Below are positions 24,288 to 35,630 of a DNA stretch of 57,545 nucleotides, piece by piece (position 1 is the stretch's first letter; every line of letters starts with the position of its first letter). The translations under genes and the position numbers were made by a program. The notes under the pieces are model-generated. The model was not told the origin of the DNA. It saw only the letters and a list, made by a program, of their open reading frames with translations, and did no database searches. The stretch is from Tricharina praecox (taxonomy: Eukaryota), in the NCBI RefSeq assembly GCF_024521635.1, contig NW_026250450.1, forward strand, positions 62,001 to 119,545, read 5' to 3'.

Positions 24288-25554
24288 ACGGCTGTCGTTG
24301 GGCAGGCTTGGGCGCGGGCTGGGGCGCGGGCTGGGGTATGGGCTGAGGCTGGGTATGGGTAGGGGTATGGGCGCGAGAGTACGACTGATAGAGGTGGATT
24401 GTTTGGTGTTTTTCTGGGTTTTTGGTTACGGTTTGTTTTGTTTTTGTTTATCTACAGCGAAGATGGGATGGGATATGGAGGGACATGAAATCGGGAACTC
24501 GACAAGGGATCGGAATGTCCAGCATGCTCGCCTTCGGGCTCGAGATCGGACGGGAACGGGAACGGGACGGGAACGGGAACGGGAACCGGAAGGGGAATGG
24601 ACAGGGGTGGGGATTTTCGCTGAAGGCTTTCCTTTGTACGGGATTTCTTTTGTATGGGGATTCTTTTGTTGGATTGGGTTGGGTCTTTCATGTGCTTTCT
24701 TTTGTTTGATTGGCTTCATTTGTCTCTTTTGTTTACAGCGGGCATTTTAGTTTTTGTTTGGTTTTTTGTTTGTTTCTGGCTTTTGTTATGGTTTTCTGAG
24801 TTTTCGCGATGTAATTTCTGCTTTTAATTTTAGTTTTCTGTTCGCGATTTCAATCGTCTTGTCTTATTTTGTCTTTGTCTTGTCTTGGTTTTTAGTTTGG
24901 TTTTGGATTTATTCGGGCGAGACGATAATGAAAAATATATTCTCGAAATATTACTTTTTCGTTTTCTGTCTCGACCGCTGTGAACTCACTGTGAGATCGA
25001 GATCACTATGATGGCTTCTGTAATGTAGCACTAAAGAGAAAAGCAAAAGCGAGCGGAGGGGAGAGGGAGGAGAAAAGAAGGGGGGGAGGGGCGGCGGGGG
25101 GAACTGTCTCTCGGCCTTAAAGCCCACAGGCTACAGGCTACAGGCTACAGGCTACAGGTTCTCCGTGTCCAGATCCCACGTGGTAATGGTGACGTCTATT
25201 AATGGATTGTGGATGAGATTCGTCTGATACCATCATCACCTTCCAGGTTCAGATTTCCCTGTGGCGGGGCAGAGGGATCAGCGTGGCGGGAGTGTCAGGC
25301 TGCTAGCGGCGGAGCGGGTGCCGGGTTAGATTTCTCGGGCGAGAGATCGCGCGTGGAAAGGAGGGGGGCGAGTGATGAGGTGTGATGGCACGTGACCTGG
25401 CAGTAGTTTGTTATCCCAGGCAGGAACGGAAGGGGACAGAGAGGGACGGGAGGGGAAGGTGAACGGAGCGCGGTCTGACACTCATGCTGTGTGCGATGAG
25501 TCTATGATGTAAAGTTAAGCAAGTTGGGGCGGTGGGTGCCTGGAAACGGTAGAC

Positions 25555-26410
25555 TGGTGGCAGGTGGTGGGTAGATTCTACGATTGAGCGATGATCTCGA
25601 TACAGGGAAACTGAACTTTGAACTTTGAGGGAATACATGTTGATAGCACGCGTAGGAATGCGCAGGATATCGGCGCCGGTGGTAAACACAGCTAGGTATG
25701 TATGTAGCTGTGATATCACCCTTCCGTATCGTCACTCGTGTCGTATCGTGGCGACGGGAGCGTGCTGACGGGAGCGTGCGAGCGTGCGACCGTACGACCG
25801 TGCGACCGCTGCAAGCTACCTATGTGCCGCCGACGCTGGAAGCCGAGATTGCGGCCGGAGCTGGAGCTGGAGGCTGAAGCAGGTTGAACTTGAGGGTGAC
25901 ACGGGAGATGGGACATGGGACATGGGACATGGGACATGGGACATGGGTGCGCACTCGTTTGAGTATTCCCATACAGGTGGATATATGTGCGCGACTGGCT
26001 CGAAGGGACTGGTGTCACGAAGGGGCTGCTGTTGCATCCTGAGCGACTCCACCTCATTAGGACGATGGACTGCACAGGTGCGTACGCCGGCGTTGTGCGG
26101 TTGGCAGTTGGAGCCTGGTCTAGGTATTTGGAATATAGAATCTCGCTCGCTGAGGATCCCGACTGGCCGCGGTTGAGACATTGCTGGATTCTCGTCCAGG
26201 CTTCACTAGCAGCATCTACGCTGTATAGATTAGGTACTGATTGCAGGGGAGAGCTGGCTTTATTCCTGACTATGGGAGTAAACACATCGTTAGCATTGTC
26301 CTCACCTGTGGGCTTTGCGAGGACTGTCATCCGGTTACCACCACCCGCTCGCTGCCCCGCTCGTAGCCCTCCTACCCGCTCTGTATATGTCTTCACGATT
26401 TGCTATAGCT
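25555..26410. repeat. Diverged ~0.8-kb direct duplication, copy 1 (copy 2 at ~28685-29447)
   Basis: Collinear blocks GGAAACTG.ACTTTGAAC, CCGTATCGTCACTCGTG, GCTGAAGCAGGTTG, GGGTGCGCACTCGTT, TGCGTACGCCGG and GACTATGGGAGTAAACACAT. Confidence 0.85.
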
Positions 26411-28684
26411 AGAGAATATATCTAGCACTGTTTCCATCATTGTCCCAAACCATCGGATCACAATTGTATCGCCTATCGCCAATCGGAAGTGGCAGTGGAT
26501 CATAAGGGCTCACTCGCCTCGCCATGACCCGACGATGAATTTTGCTCGAAATCGAGACTGGAACCTGGGAACCTGGTAGAGCAAAGAACGTAGCTAAAAG
26601 ATACCGGTTATCTTGAATAGAGCATTGATTCCTGTCTCGATCGCCATGGGAACGTGTCGGTAGCTGGACGGGCGTGTGTTGCGTTGAAGGACGAAGCTGC
26701 ACTTCCTAATCATCGAAACGCCTCCCGTTTACCGATCTCGTATGATTCACACTCTATTGCAATAAGCGGCCGTTAGACCCCTGCATTCTGGGAGTCTGAG
26801 ACCTGCCCTCCTTGTATCAGAAAGCATAGAATTATATCTGACTTCGTCCTTCATCGCCACATTGCGTCTATCTCCGAGAGTACTCAGCCACTCGAATCGG
26901 CGGATTAATAAGCAGCGCGGACGGGAGGAAGGACCAAAGTAGCGAGTAGAGTTGGCATGGCCTCAAAGGGTGATAAGGCGATCCACGTGTAGGGCGTATT
27001 CAACGTGTCCTGGTGATCGACGATCGGGGCCCGGGATAGAGTGCTTGTCTAGTAGACAGCAGTAATGAGCTGGATCGTGTGGTCGATTCGGCCGTGAAAT
27101 GTACACCCAACACGGAACGTGGACCAACAGGTGACGGCGATTTGGCTTGGTCTCGTCTTGACTCTTGCTGTGGATGCCGATTACTTGGCATAGCCATCCG
27201 AGGCTGGGGTAGAAGTCCGAGATGAAGTACCGCGCGTAGTATGCCATATGGTAGCTTTGAGGTTGGATTGATGTCAGTCACTTTTCTTCCGGATGTGTGA
27301 TTTGTTCGAAGGCCGGGCTCATGGAATAAGCCAGAGTCTCTGGAATTGCATTTTCGGGGGGCCCGACCGCCGGGGGAAGAGTTCAAGTGCAGAAAGCGCA
27401 GAGCCACGCCCATTCACTAGGTATGTAGCACCAGTAGAACCTGCATCTGAGATTCCGAATAGTATTCCAACCAATCGGCTGTAGTAACATCAGTAATACC
27501 AGTAACACCAGTAATACCCGTCATCCCGTAGCTCAGGTCAGCTCAGCAATTCGCCATCCGCCATTCGCCAGAGAGTCTTCAAGAACTGTCTTCCGGATCG
27601 AGAAGCACCACGCCAGAACCGAAGCCGGCTGCCCGTTTCCTCATCGTGCATACACCAAACACGAGTCTATGAACGGCTTCCGACAACTGCGATCCTTCCA
27701 TCCGTCCCTTCGAGCTCTCTGATTCGAGGAGGCGCTTCTCGGAATCGTACCTGCGGCCTGCCTCTCGTGCGCGAGGATCGAGTCCTGGAGGCTGAAGTAT
27801 GCTTTACCAGCGATTCCGCAGAAGTTCTCGTCGCTTGTACTTCATCCGTACCGCACATTTGGTGGCACACTCTGGCCTTGTGAGATCTGTATCCGACAGA
27901 AGCTGTCGCCGGTCGGCGCGGGTTCTCGGCCGGTATGCGACGGCTGCCTACTCTAGAGACCAGCCCGATGAAGTGTGGCAGCCCGGCGCCGAAAAACGTG
28001 CGTCGATCCAGGTGTAACCGAGTGGTGATAAATAGTGAGATGGGAGCTTGGGAATGTAATTGTTGGCGTACCGAAAGCGGAGTAGATGGAGAGCGTCTGG
28101 TCGCCGGAAACCGAACGTTTCCTACGCATGCGCACGTGTCAGCCGCCCTCCGCATTACGTTCTCGGGTTCAATACCGGCTAGATCTGCCTCGATGCTGAT
28201 GATTCGGCACAGGGGTCGGTAGTGATTGCTGCCGCTGAGGGCTACTGAAGTTCATACGTCCGTATCGTTGTGAAGTGCGACGCTGTATCCGTTAGTTTGC
28301 TCTGTCGCTAGGGAGTAGGGCTTCGGATTTGCTTTGGATGTCGCGATGTTGAGAGTTCGGTATGGCTGCAGGAGCGGAGTGGGTATGCTGCGCAGAAACC
28401 GACATTGCACTGTCGACGATCGTGCTTCCGGAGGGGTATCTGGTGAAAGAATCATTTGTGTAAAATCAGCCACCAAGTTCTAGAACGAGTGACGCAACAG
28501 CATCTACTACGCTATGGATTTTACAACCACCCTCGACGATAATTTTCCTCTGGTAAATCCCCAATTCACTCCCTGGACGTTTAGGGACATTGTAGAAAGA
28601 GTCTGAGAAATACGGGCGTCATGGAAAATCACTCTACTTTTGGGCTGATCAAATAGAAAAAAAAAGAAAAAACCGTCCTGGAGG

Positions 28685-29447
28685 CTGGTGGCGGGCTCTG
28701 GGCTTGCGCGATGATTTGGATGCACGGAAACTGGACTTTGAACATTGAACTTTGAACCTTGCACTAGGAAGTAATGAAGTAACGCGCAGGAATTCTCAGT
28801 AATGCTGATGGTGGTTGGTGGAAAAGAGTTACGGTAGCTATGATATCACGATTCACGCGCCCGTATCGTCACTCGTGGCGTATCGTGTCAACGGGACCTG
28901 CCTACCTATGTGCTGCTGATGGTGGGAGCCGAAATTGTGGCCGGAGCTGAAGCAGGTTGGACTTGGGGGTAACACGGGACACAGGACACGGGTGCGCACT
29001 CGTTGTGTATTTCCTTATAGCGTGATATGTGTGCGCGACTGGCTATGGCGCGAGTAGTTGCTTGACGTTGCAGTGCTGCTGGGCATGAGATGGATGACCG
29101 ACCTGATCTCACGGTGGCGCTGTAGCTGTAAACTGCGTACGCCGGTGTTGGACCGTTGGCAGTTGAAACCTGGTCTAGGGGAATATGAAACATCAGATCT
29201 CACTCGACTGGGTCTTTACTAGGAAGGGTTGAGTTACTCATTTCTCGTCAAGACTTCCCCAGTTGTCTTCATGTTGTAGAATACCACATTTCTGAGAAGA
29301 GATGGCTGTATTTCCGACTATGGGAGTAAACACATAGGATTGTCCTCTCGTAGTATGGGCTAGTGTTCGAAGACTATTAGTGGTTATCGCCACCCACTCA
29401 CTACCCCCATGTCCGCTATGTGTTCTTCTCCATTGGCAGCTATAGCC
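28685..29447. repeat. Diverged direct duplication, copy 2 of 25555-26410
   Basis: Same collinear blocks as copy 1. Confidence 0.85.
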
Positions 29448-32082
29448 GGCTTAGCACCACGGCAGCAGACATGAAATGTAGATCATGGGCCGTGACTCGC
29501 TCCTCGGCATCCAAGCTTCTCTTCTGTCCGCTCGTCCCCGGAAGATCATGCGTGAAAGAAGCTGACCAGAGCAAACCCCCCCACCACACGGCGACGCCTG
29601 AGCAATCTGAGCATAGGGAAGTTCAGTTCGGCTCGGCACCACCTAAACCACTAGCATCTGCCGTGTCCGCAGCGTCTCCTCCTCGCAACACTGAGACCGA
29701 CAAGGGATGGAAAAATTTCGAGAGGAGAAGGAAAGGGAAAGCGGAAAACAGAGGGACAGGATACGGAAGAGAGGGAAGCGTCTCGGCGCGGGATGATAAA
29801 GCTCAGTTGTGCCCCACCTTTCGTCTATAGAGCAATACTAAGCGGGATCCTTGGGGAGATTTGTTGGAGGTCTCTACTTTCACACGAGTGGGACCAAATC
29901 ATTCTTTCTATGAGTTCATGCACCGAAAGATAGAATGGAAGTAGCGAGGTGGATATTTTCTCGTACAGTGCCCCAAAGATGACAATACCGAAATAAACCC
30001 ATGTTAGCAGTTCCCTAGCGACAGGGACCACATCGTTACTCTCCATCAACTGATGATCACCCTTGGCAGTAACTTTCCTCACTACCTCCGCTGCCAGCGT
30101 AAAAATCTTCATCTCGTACAGAAGCCGCTGCACTGCAGGTCCATCACGAATTGATGCATCGCTCCCATCGCGACCATGGCGATGTTTCTCGCGCCACCTA
30201 GCTCGGCTTCGGAAAACGACGGGAGGGTGTGTGGCAGGATGTAGGAAAGAACTTGTCGTAGGAAAGCTAGATGTACGTCAAGTTTGAAGATGAGACGGTC
30301 AAATAGACACTCCCGGCGGTGCTGGAGGATTTCGCCGGTGGGGATGAGAAGTGTGGTGCGAGCGCCGAGATGATCAAGCGGAATGGTGGCGATGTGAATG
30401 CTTTCGTAGGTAGAGGGTATCACAATTGGAGAGCTGTTGAGTTGGCGTACGATGTGATACAGACAAAGCACAAGGTGGGTAGGCAGTACTAAGCGTGAAG
30501 GCGCCGAGGAATCGCGGTGAGCTCAGTCAGTGTCGTGGCGTAAGTACAGTGAGGTGAGTCGAGACCGATCGATACATCGCTGAAGGCTGTGGTGCGGAAA
30601 TACAGGAAGACTTTCGTCAAATTGTTCGTTTCGTCGATTGACTACGAGTCGACGTGACGCGGATATATGCGGCGGGGACTCATCTGTGAAATGCTGTCTT
30701 CAGGTTGTAGTGATAGGGAGGCGATGATGCTTCTGTCAGAGCAATTTTCTCCTACCACTAGAACCATGGTCCCACACCGACATTTCTTCAAAGATATCCA
30801 TTCCGGTGCTTAGCGCACCGCACTTAAAGTCTCCCAATCGGGTGGTCCTTCATCCATTAGGCCACAATCGCACTCATTTCCGCAGGGCGATCGTCCCCGT
30901 GAAAGCGGTCACTGTTCTCTCTCGCGAAGTGGTGGATTTGCGCGACGGTAAAACCGTTCGGGTCCTGGTATGCTTCTTTGTCGGAGTTGTTGACTGCATT
31001 GATGCCGTCACTTGGCTGATCGCCATCCTCACTCTCAGAGGCGGCTTCGGGGTTTTCGGGGCGTTGTGGAGCGGTCGTCGTTTTCGGAACGCAATGGGGA
31101 AGGTGAGTGATCTTCGCGGATGGAAGATTCCTCCGATGGTGAATCTTCGTTGTCAACGGAACGCGCTGGGAAAGCTGGAGCATATGCTCCAACAAAGCAC
31201 CGTAAAGATCCGTCTACAAGGGAGCTAACGACGCATACAAGATGTATTCCTTATTCGGTGGCTGATCCGTTTCCACATCCGTTGTCGCCGAGGCGACGCA
31301 GTCGTTCACTGCGCAGACGCTGCCCCTCAGGACTTCAACGCACGCTGCATGCGCCGCTACTGTCAGTATCCCGTTTGATGACGTACAGGACGAGAGGGGT
31401 CATACCTAAGTAGACGTGATGGTAATTATCTCACTAGCGTGTCCGGGCACTGCTCCAGACGGGCTCGGACGTGTCGGGCCCCGTTGCGGATTGAAACAAC
31501 CATCACTACTGGGTGTGGCGAAAGATGGGTTGGGGTCGAGTTTGTTGTAAAAGGTACGGAGAAGGAAGGAAGTGGTGATGGAGTGTGTGAGGCTTGTTGG
31601 AGGAAGGAGGAAGGGATGGTGGAGTGGGCGGGGGTTGTTGTGGGAGGTTTTGTGACTGCGAGGCATTACCAACTGCGAAAATCCCAACCGTCGTAACCCT
31701 ACCGTCCGCACACACCGAGAACACGTGACACCACCAGTGCAGAGATCCGAGTGCTTGGTGTGATTCCACGGATGCACTATTGGTTCACTTACTGCCTCTG
31801 ATACTACAGGTTTGGAGATCAGTCATGAACGTCTTGTACAGTCTGACATCTCCATAGCTTAAGCCCTCCCATCTGGTACGCTATTCCATTTTCTTCAGCT
31901 TTCTACGGAACCTTAATTTCGGGTGCTATATCAGAGGCATGTCCGTCTACCAGTGACATCGTCACTGCAGGTGTAGCCTTGGCAGCAGTTTCTTCTCAAC
32001 ACGTTGATGCGGCATCGGTCACATCGAGTCTAGCTACCAATCCATCCCCTCTCGCCCTTCACAAAACCCACACCACACACCT

Positions 32083-32425
32083 TTACCACACTGCGAGGAC
32101 TACCGCCGTTGCTACCCCAACAACGATCGCAATGCCGGCTGCCTGCCGGCCGACTCCGTTGCACCATGATCTTTGTCGGTAGGTCGAACGTCGGCGGGTA
32201 AAACGTAGGAAGTGCTGGAATGTCAACCGTTGGCATCTTCAACGTGGGTAAGGTGATATCGGGTGTGTCGATGGTGATGGGTGCGCCTAGGTCAATAGCC
32301 AAAGGGTGATCAAGGATGTGGCCGCCACCGTGGACGTGAGTGGGCGGGACACTGTCTGGGTTGGCAAGCGCCGAGACTGATGCTGCAACAGCGGAGATGA
32401 CTAGTAGGGCGGTGTACTGCATCAT
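32083..32425 (-). pseudogene. Small secreted/GPI-type Pro/Thr-rich protein, frameshifted paralog of 54424-54822
   Basis: Signal peptide MMQYTALLVISAVAASVSALA. The hydrophobic tail NGVGRQAAGIAIVVGVATAVVLAVW* is 1 nt out of frame relative to the intact paralog. Confidence 0.7.
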
Positions 32426-33343
32426 TCGGTTTATCGCGAGATCGCAGGGTGCCATGGGATGAGGTGAGGGTGTGGACTGGGGAGTGCGGTGAACGGAGAT
32501 ATAGTCTTTGGTGGTATGTGCATCTTGAATCTTCCGGCGAAAGGAGGGGTAATCTGAGACTTGGCCACGGGCATCTTGACGGTGAAGGAAAATGATCCGT
32601 GTGCTTGTTACCATACAATGCACATGTGGAATCCTGATTTGAACTGAACCGATGATCGGTGGTGGCAGATACGAGTATTTTGATAGTTATTGAAAGAGGT
32701 CTTGAAGTTGATACATGCAGTGGGAGACTGGATACAGGACTGGCCGTTGCAACACGGATGGAAGGATAGATTATGAAAGGTTGAAGGAGATGCGGTGATG
32801 TTGCCTCTGTATGATCCCGTGCGGTTCTCATCGGCCAGCCACATAGTGTAACCCCAAGATTTCAGAAAGTGGCAGTCGACGTTAATCGACTGCTCTAGTC
32901 CGTGGTAGCAAGATGTTGGACGGACTGACTACCCAAGCCGCTTCATATTGATGACTTTTGGTTCACTAAAGATCGTTTTTCAGATGATATCACTTGTGGA
33001 ATACATCCGGTCAGGAGGTAGAGAGCTGGCGGGGTCATCTTTAGCTCCCTGCGCTAGATGATATACACGAGGGGATATGGGGTTGCACGATTCAGGTTAA
33101 CTACACCTTAGGCACCGGCCGCCGGTGGCCCTCCGAGTCTCCGCGCGCACATCTTCCGGCTTCTCCTATCCCGCACTCTATTTTCTACAGCTTTCTACTC
33201 GCGTACAGTTTGTATTGTAACACGCATCCTGCTCTTCAATCAGGCTTCTCCACTGACGATGCATAAGTTCCTGCCGTCCTTCCTACTCCTCTCGTCGCCA
33301 CACCACCACCTACCTATCTTTCTCCGAGCAAACCACAACCACG

Positions 33344-33574
33344 ATGATCGTAGTGACGATAACCATCTACTACTACGAGTGCGCTGTGTGCGGGCGGAAG
33401 ACGTGGGAAGCGAACCTGGCGAACGGATACTGCGAGTGCGGACACCCGGCGGAAATCTGCGATGGATGTGCACGGCTGCGATCCGACGCTTTGTTAACCG
33501 GGCTGAGGCCGGTGGTGATCGAGATAGCAGTGGTGACTGATGTGGAGCCGGAGGGGTGGCATGCAGTAGGCTAA
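33344..33574 (+). CDS. Small Cys-rich putative zinc-binding protein (76 aa)
   Basis: Motif CAVC-x12-CECGH-x4-CDGC, with an A/C-rich leader before the ATG. Confidence 0.55.
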   Translation: MIVVTITIYYYECAVCGRKTWEANLANGYCECGHPAEICDGCARLRSDALLTGLRPVVIEIAVVTDVEPEGWHAVG

Positions 33575-34163
33575 GGTGCGCGTTCTACTGCTCGGGAGGG
33601 GTCGGAGGCAGGGGAAGCATGGCGGTGCGAATCGATTCACTTTCTCTTTCCTCAGGATATTCTTCTCCAGTTTCATGCATGCGGTCCTTGGACGTTTTAC
33701 GAAACGAAAAAACTACCATGCCTAAAAAGTGGCTATTCGACCAAGTCGCCGCAGCCGAAAGCTGGGTGAATGCAGGGAGTCAAGTCTCGTAGAATATTCC
33801 CTCGTGGCGCCGCACGCTGTTTTTATAGACGACGGTAAACCCACGTCGGAGACATCTTCACACTTTTGAAGAATTAAGCCAAAAGCCCCCTACCTGCACC
33901 CACCTGAAATCACTCGTCTCTTAATCGCTGTTGCGACTGATATTTAGTGATCGCAATCGATATTCTGCGAGTAGCAACGGGGCATAAGCTCATGGATAGC
34001 ATCCTGTAGGTACTGAGCAGACTGGAAGCACAGCGAAATGGTAAGAGCAGCACAGAACAGGTATCACATTCATTCGGGCAGCGAGAACCTAGGCCAATTA
34101 CATGTTAAATTCAAATCGTCTAAGTATTCGCGTAAAGGTGCTTGTTGAAAGCTCCCTCTCAGC

Positions 34164-35630
34164 CTATTCCGCCACATTCTTCTTCTCCTTGTCATCCTCC
34201 TCATCTTTCTTGACAATCTTCACCTTACAGCCATGGCCTCCGTAGATGTGGCCGTTCGTCTCCACACAAGCACCGAGGTAGTGTCCGCAGCCAGCCGGGC
34301 ACATAACCAACCAGCGATCCAACTGGATCTCGGGGATCTTGCACTGGGACAGCACGCTGCATTCACAGCAGCTAACGGCGTAGTTTTCCGGAAGCATCGG
34401 GTCGGGGGAGATCGCATGCGCGGCGACGGTATCGGGAGGCGTGGCAACCCTATTGGTAGGCGGCAGTGGGCGGGGACCACTCGGCCCAGATGTAATGGTG
34501 GGAGGTAAGGAACCAGGTGAGCGAGCGGGGCGCCTGGTGCGGAGGCCGCGAACATCTATTTCGCCGGGGGTAGTCTGGCCGGGAGGGAGGAGGTTCGGGC
34601 GCGGGTTACCGTTGCGGCGGGTGCGAACGTTGCTGTGATCGGAGTGCTGGTAGCCGCCGGAGTACGTCGTGATCGAGGAGTTGGCCGAGGATCCAGTTGA
34701 ATGCATAGAAGCGGGGCCGCCACGGGAGGTTTCGAGGAACGCGGGGCTGGGGGGGAAGGTCTTGGAGGAGGGGGTGGAATGCTGGGTCCTGGAGGAGGGG
34801 CTGGAAGGGTGGGCCCTGGAGGTGATGGCTAAGGGCATGACCTCGTCCATGGAATCGCCGTGCTTGGTAGAAACACCAGTGTATCTGCCCTGGATGCTGG
34901 AGCTGTTCGAGATACCTCTGCTTTGGGTAGTCCTTTGAATATCGTTTGAATGTCCGCTGCCGCCAGACACAGTGAAGCTATTCGAGACACCGCCGCCCTG
35001 GATAACCCTCTGATTCGCGTTTGACTGTCCGTTGTCGCCGCTGGATATGCTGCTGTTCGCGGATCTGTTGCCGACAGAGTTGTATCCAGTGCCGCTGCCG
35101 CCACCGTTCGGTGTCCTGTTTCCGACCGAATTGAACCCGCCGCCGCCGTGGCCGCCGCTCGGCAGCCTGCTTCCGACCGAATTCGACCCGATGCCACCGC
35201 CGCTCGCTGTCCTGTTGGCGGCCGGATTGTACATGGTGCCGCCGCCGCCCACTGTCCTGTTAGCGGCCGGATTATACGCGTTGCCACCGCCACTCGCTGT
35301 CCTGTTGCCGACCTGGTTGAACCCGCTGCCGCTGCCGCCACTGATCGCCGCTCTGCTGCCGACCGAGATGAACGGGGTACCGCTATCGGGTTGATATCCG
35401 CCAAAGCAGTTGCCGCTAGGTCTTTGGGCGACCATGGACGGTTTCGGCGTGTGGATCTGTGGAGCCTGATGGCGCTGGTATCGCTGGAGGTGACCAGGCG
35501 AAGAATGAGCCGAAGGGCGCGGAGAAAGAGGGGGAGGAGTAGGAGAAGAAGAAAGAGCTGGAGGAGATTCGTCGGGTGGAGGAGGTGGCGGGAGGTCCGA
35601 GGACGTGCGCTTTCTTCTGTAGAAAGGCAT
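34164..35630 (-). CDS. Low-complexity protein (~488 aa): Pro-rich N-terminus, G/N/S pseudo-repeats, Cys-rich C-terminal module
   Basis: Long uninterrupted ORF with start context ACCACGATG. Repeats GGGxG(F/Y)NxV(G/A)NRTxS. C-terminus CCEC...CPAGCGH..GAC...GC. Confidence 0.75.
   Translation of the reverse strand: MPFYRRKRTSSDLPPPPPPDESPPALSSSPTPPPLSPRPSAHSSPGHLQRYQRHQAPQIHTPKPSMVAQRPSGNCFGGYQPDSGTPFISVGSRAAISGGSGSGFNQVGNRTASGGGNAYNPAANRTVGGGGTMYNPAANRTASGGGIGSNSVGSRLPSGGHGGGGFNSVGNRTPNGGGSGTGYNSVGNRSANSSISSGDNGQSNANQRVIQGGGVSNSFTVSGGSGHSNDIQRTTQSRGISNSSSIQGRYTGVSTKHGDSMDEVMPLAITSRAHPSSPSSRTQHSTPSSKTFPPSPAFLETSRGGPASMHSTGSSANSSITTYSGGYQHSDHSNVRTRRNGNPRPNLLPPGQTTPGEIDVRGLRTRRPARSPGSLPPTITSGPSGPRPLPPTNRVATPPDTVAAHAISPDPMLPENYAVSCCECSVLSQCKIPEIQLDRWLVMCPAGCGHYLGACVETNGHIYGGHGCKVKIVKKDEEDDKEKKNVAE

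Noticed and set aside
24290..25160. ORFs and simple repeats ((GGAACG)n, T-rich tract, (CAGGCTA)n) downstream of PAL
   Set aside because: Low-complexity 3' UTR or intergenic sequence; the ORFs are compositional artefacts.
29825..31500. Coding-like minus-strand fragments
   Set aside because: They may be a decayed gene, but I could not build a consistent model or recognise a family.
16600..31500. Secondary-metabolite gene cluster around PAL
   Set aside because: No recognisable tailoring enzyme, transporter or transcription factor in the flanks.
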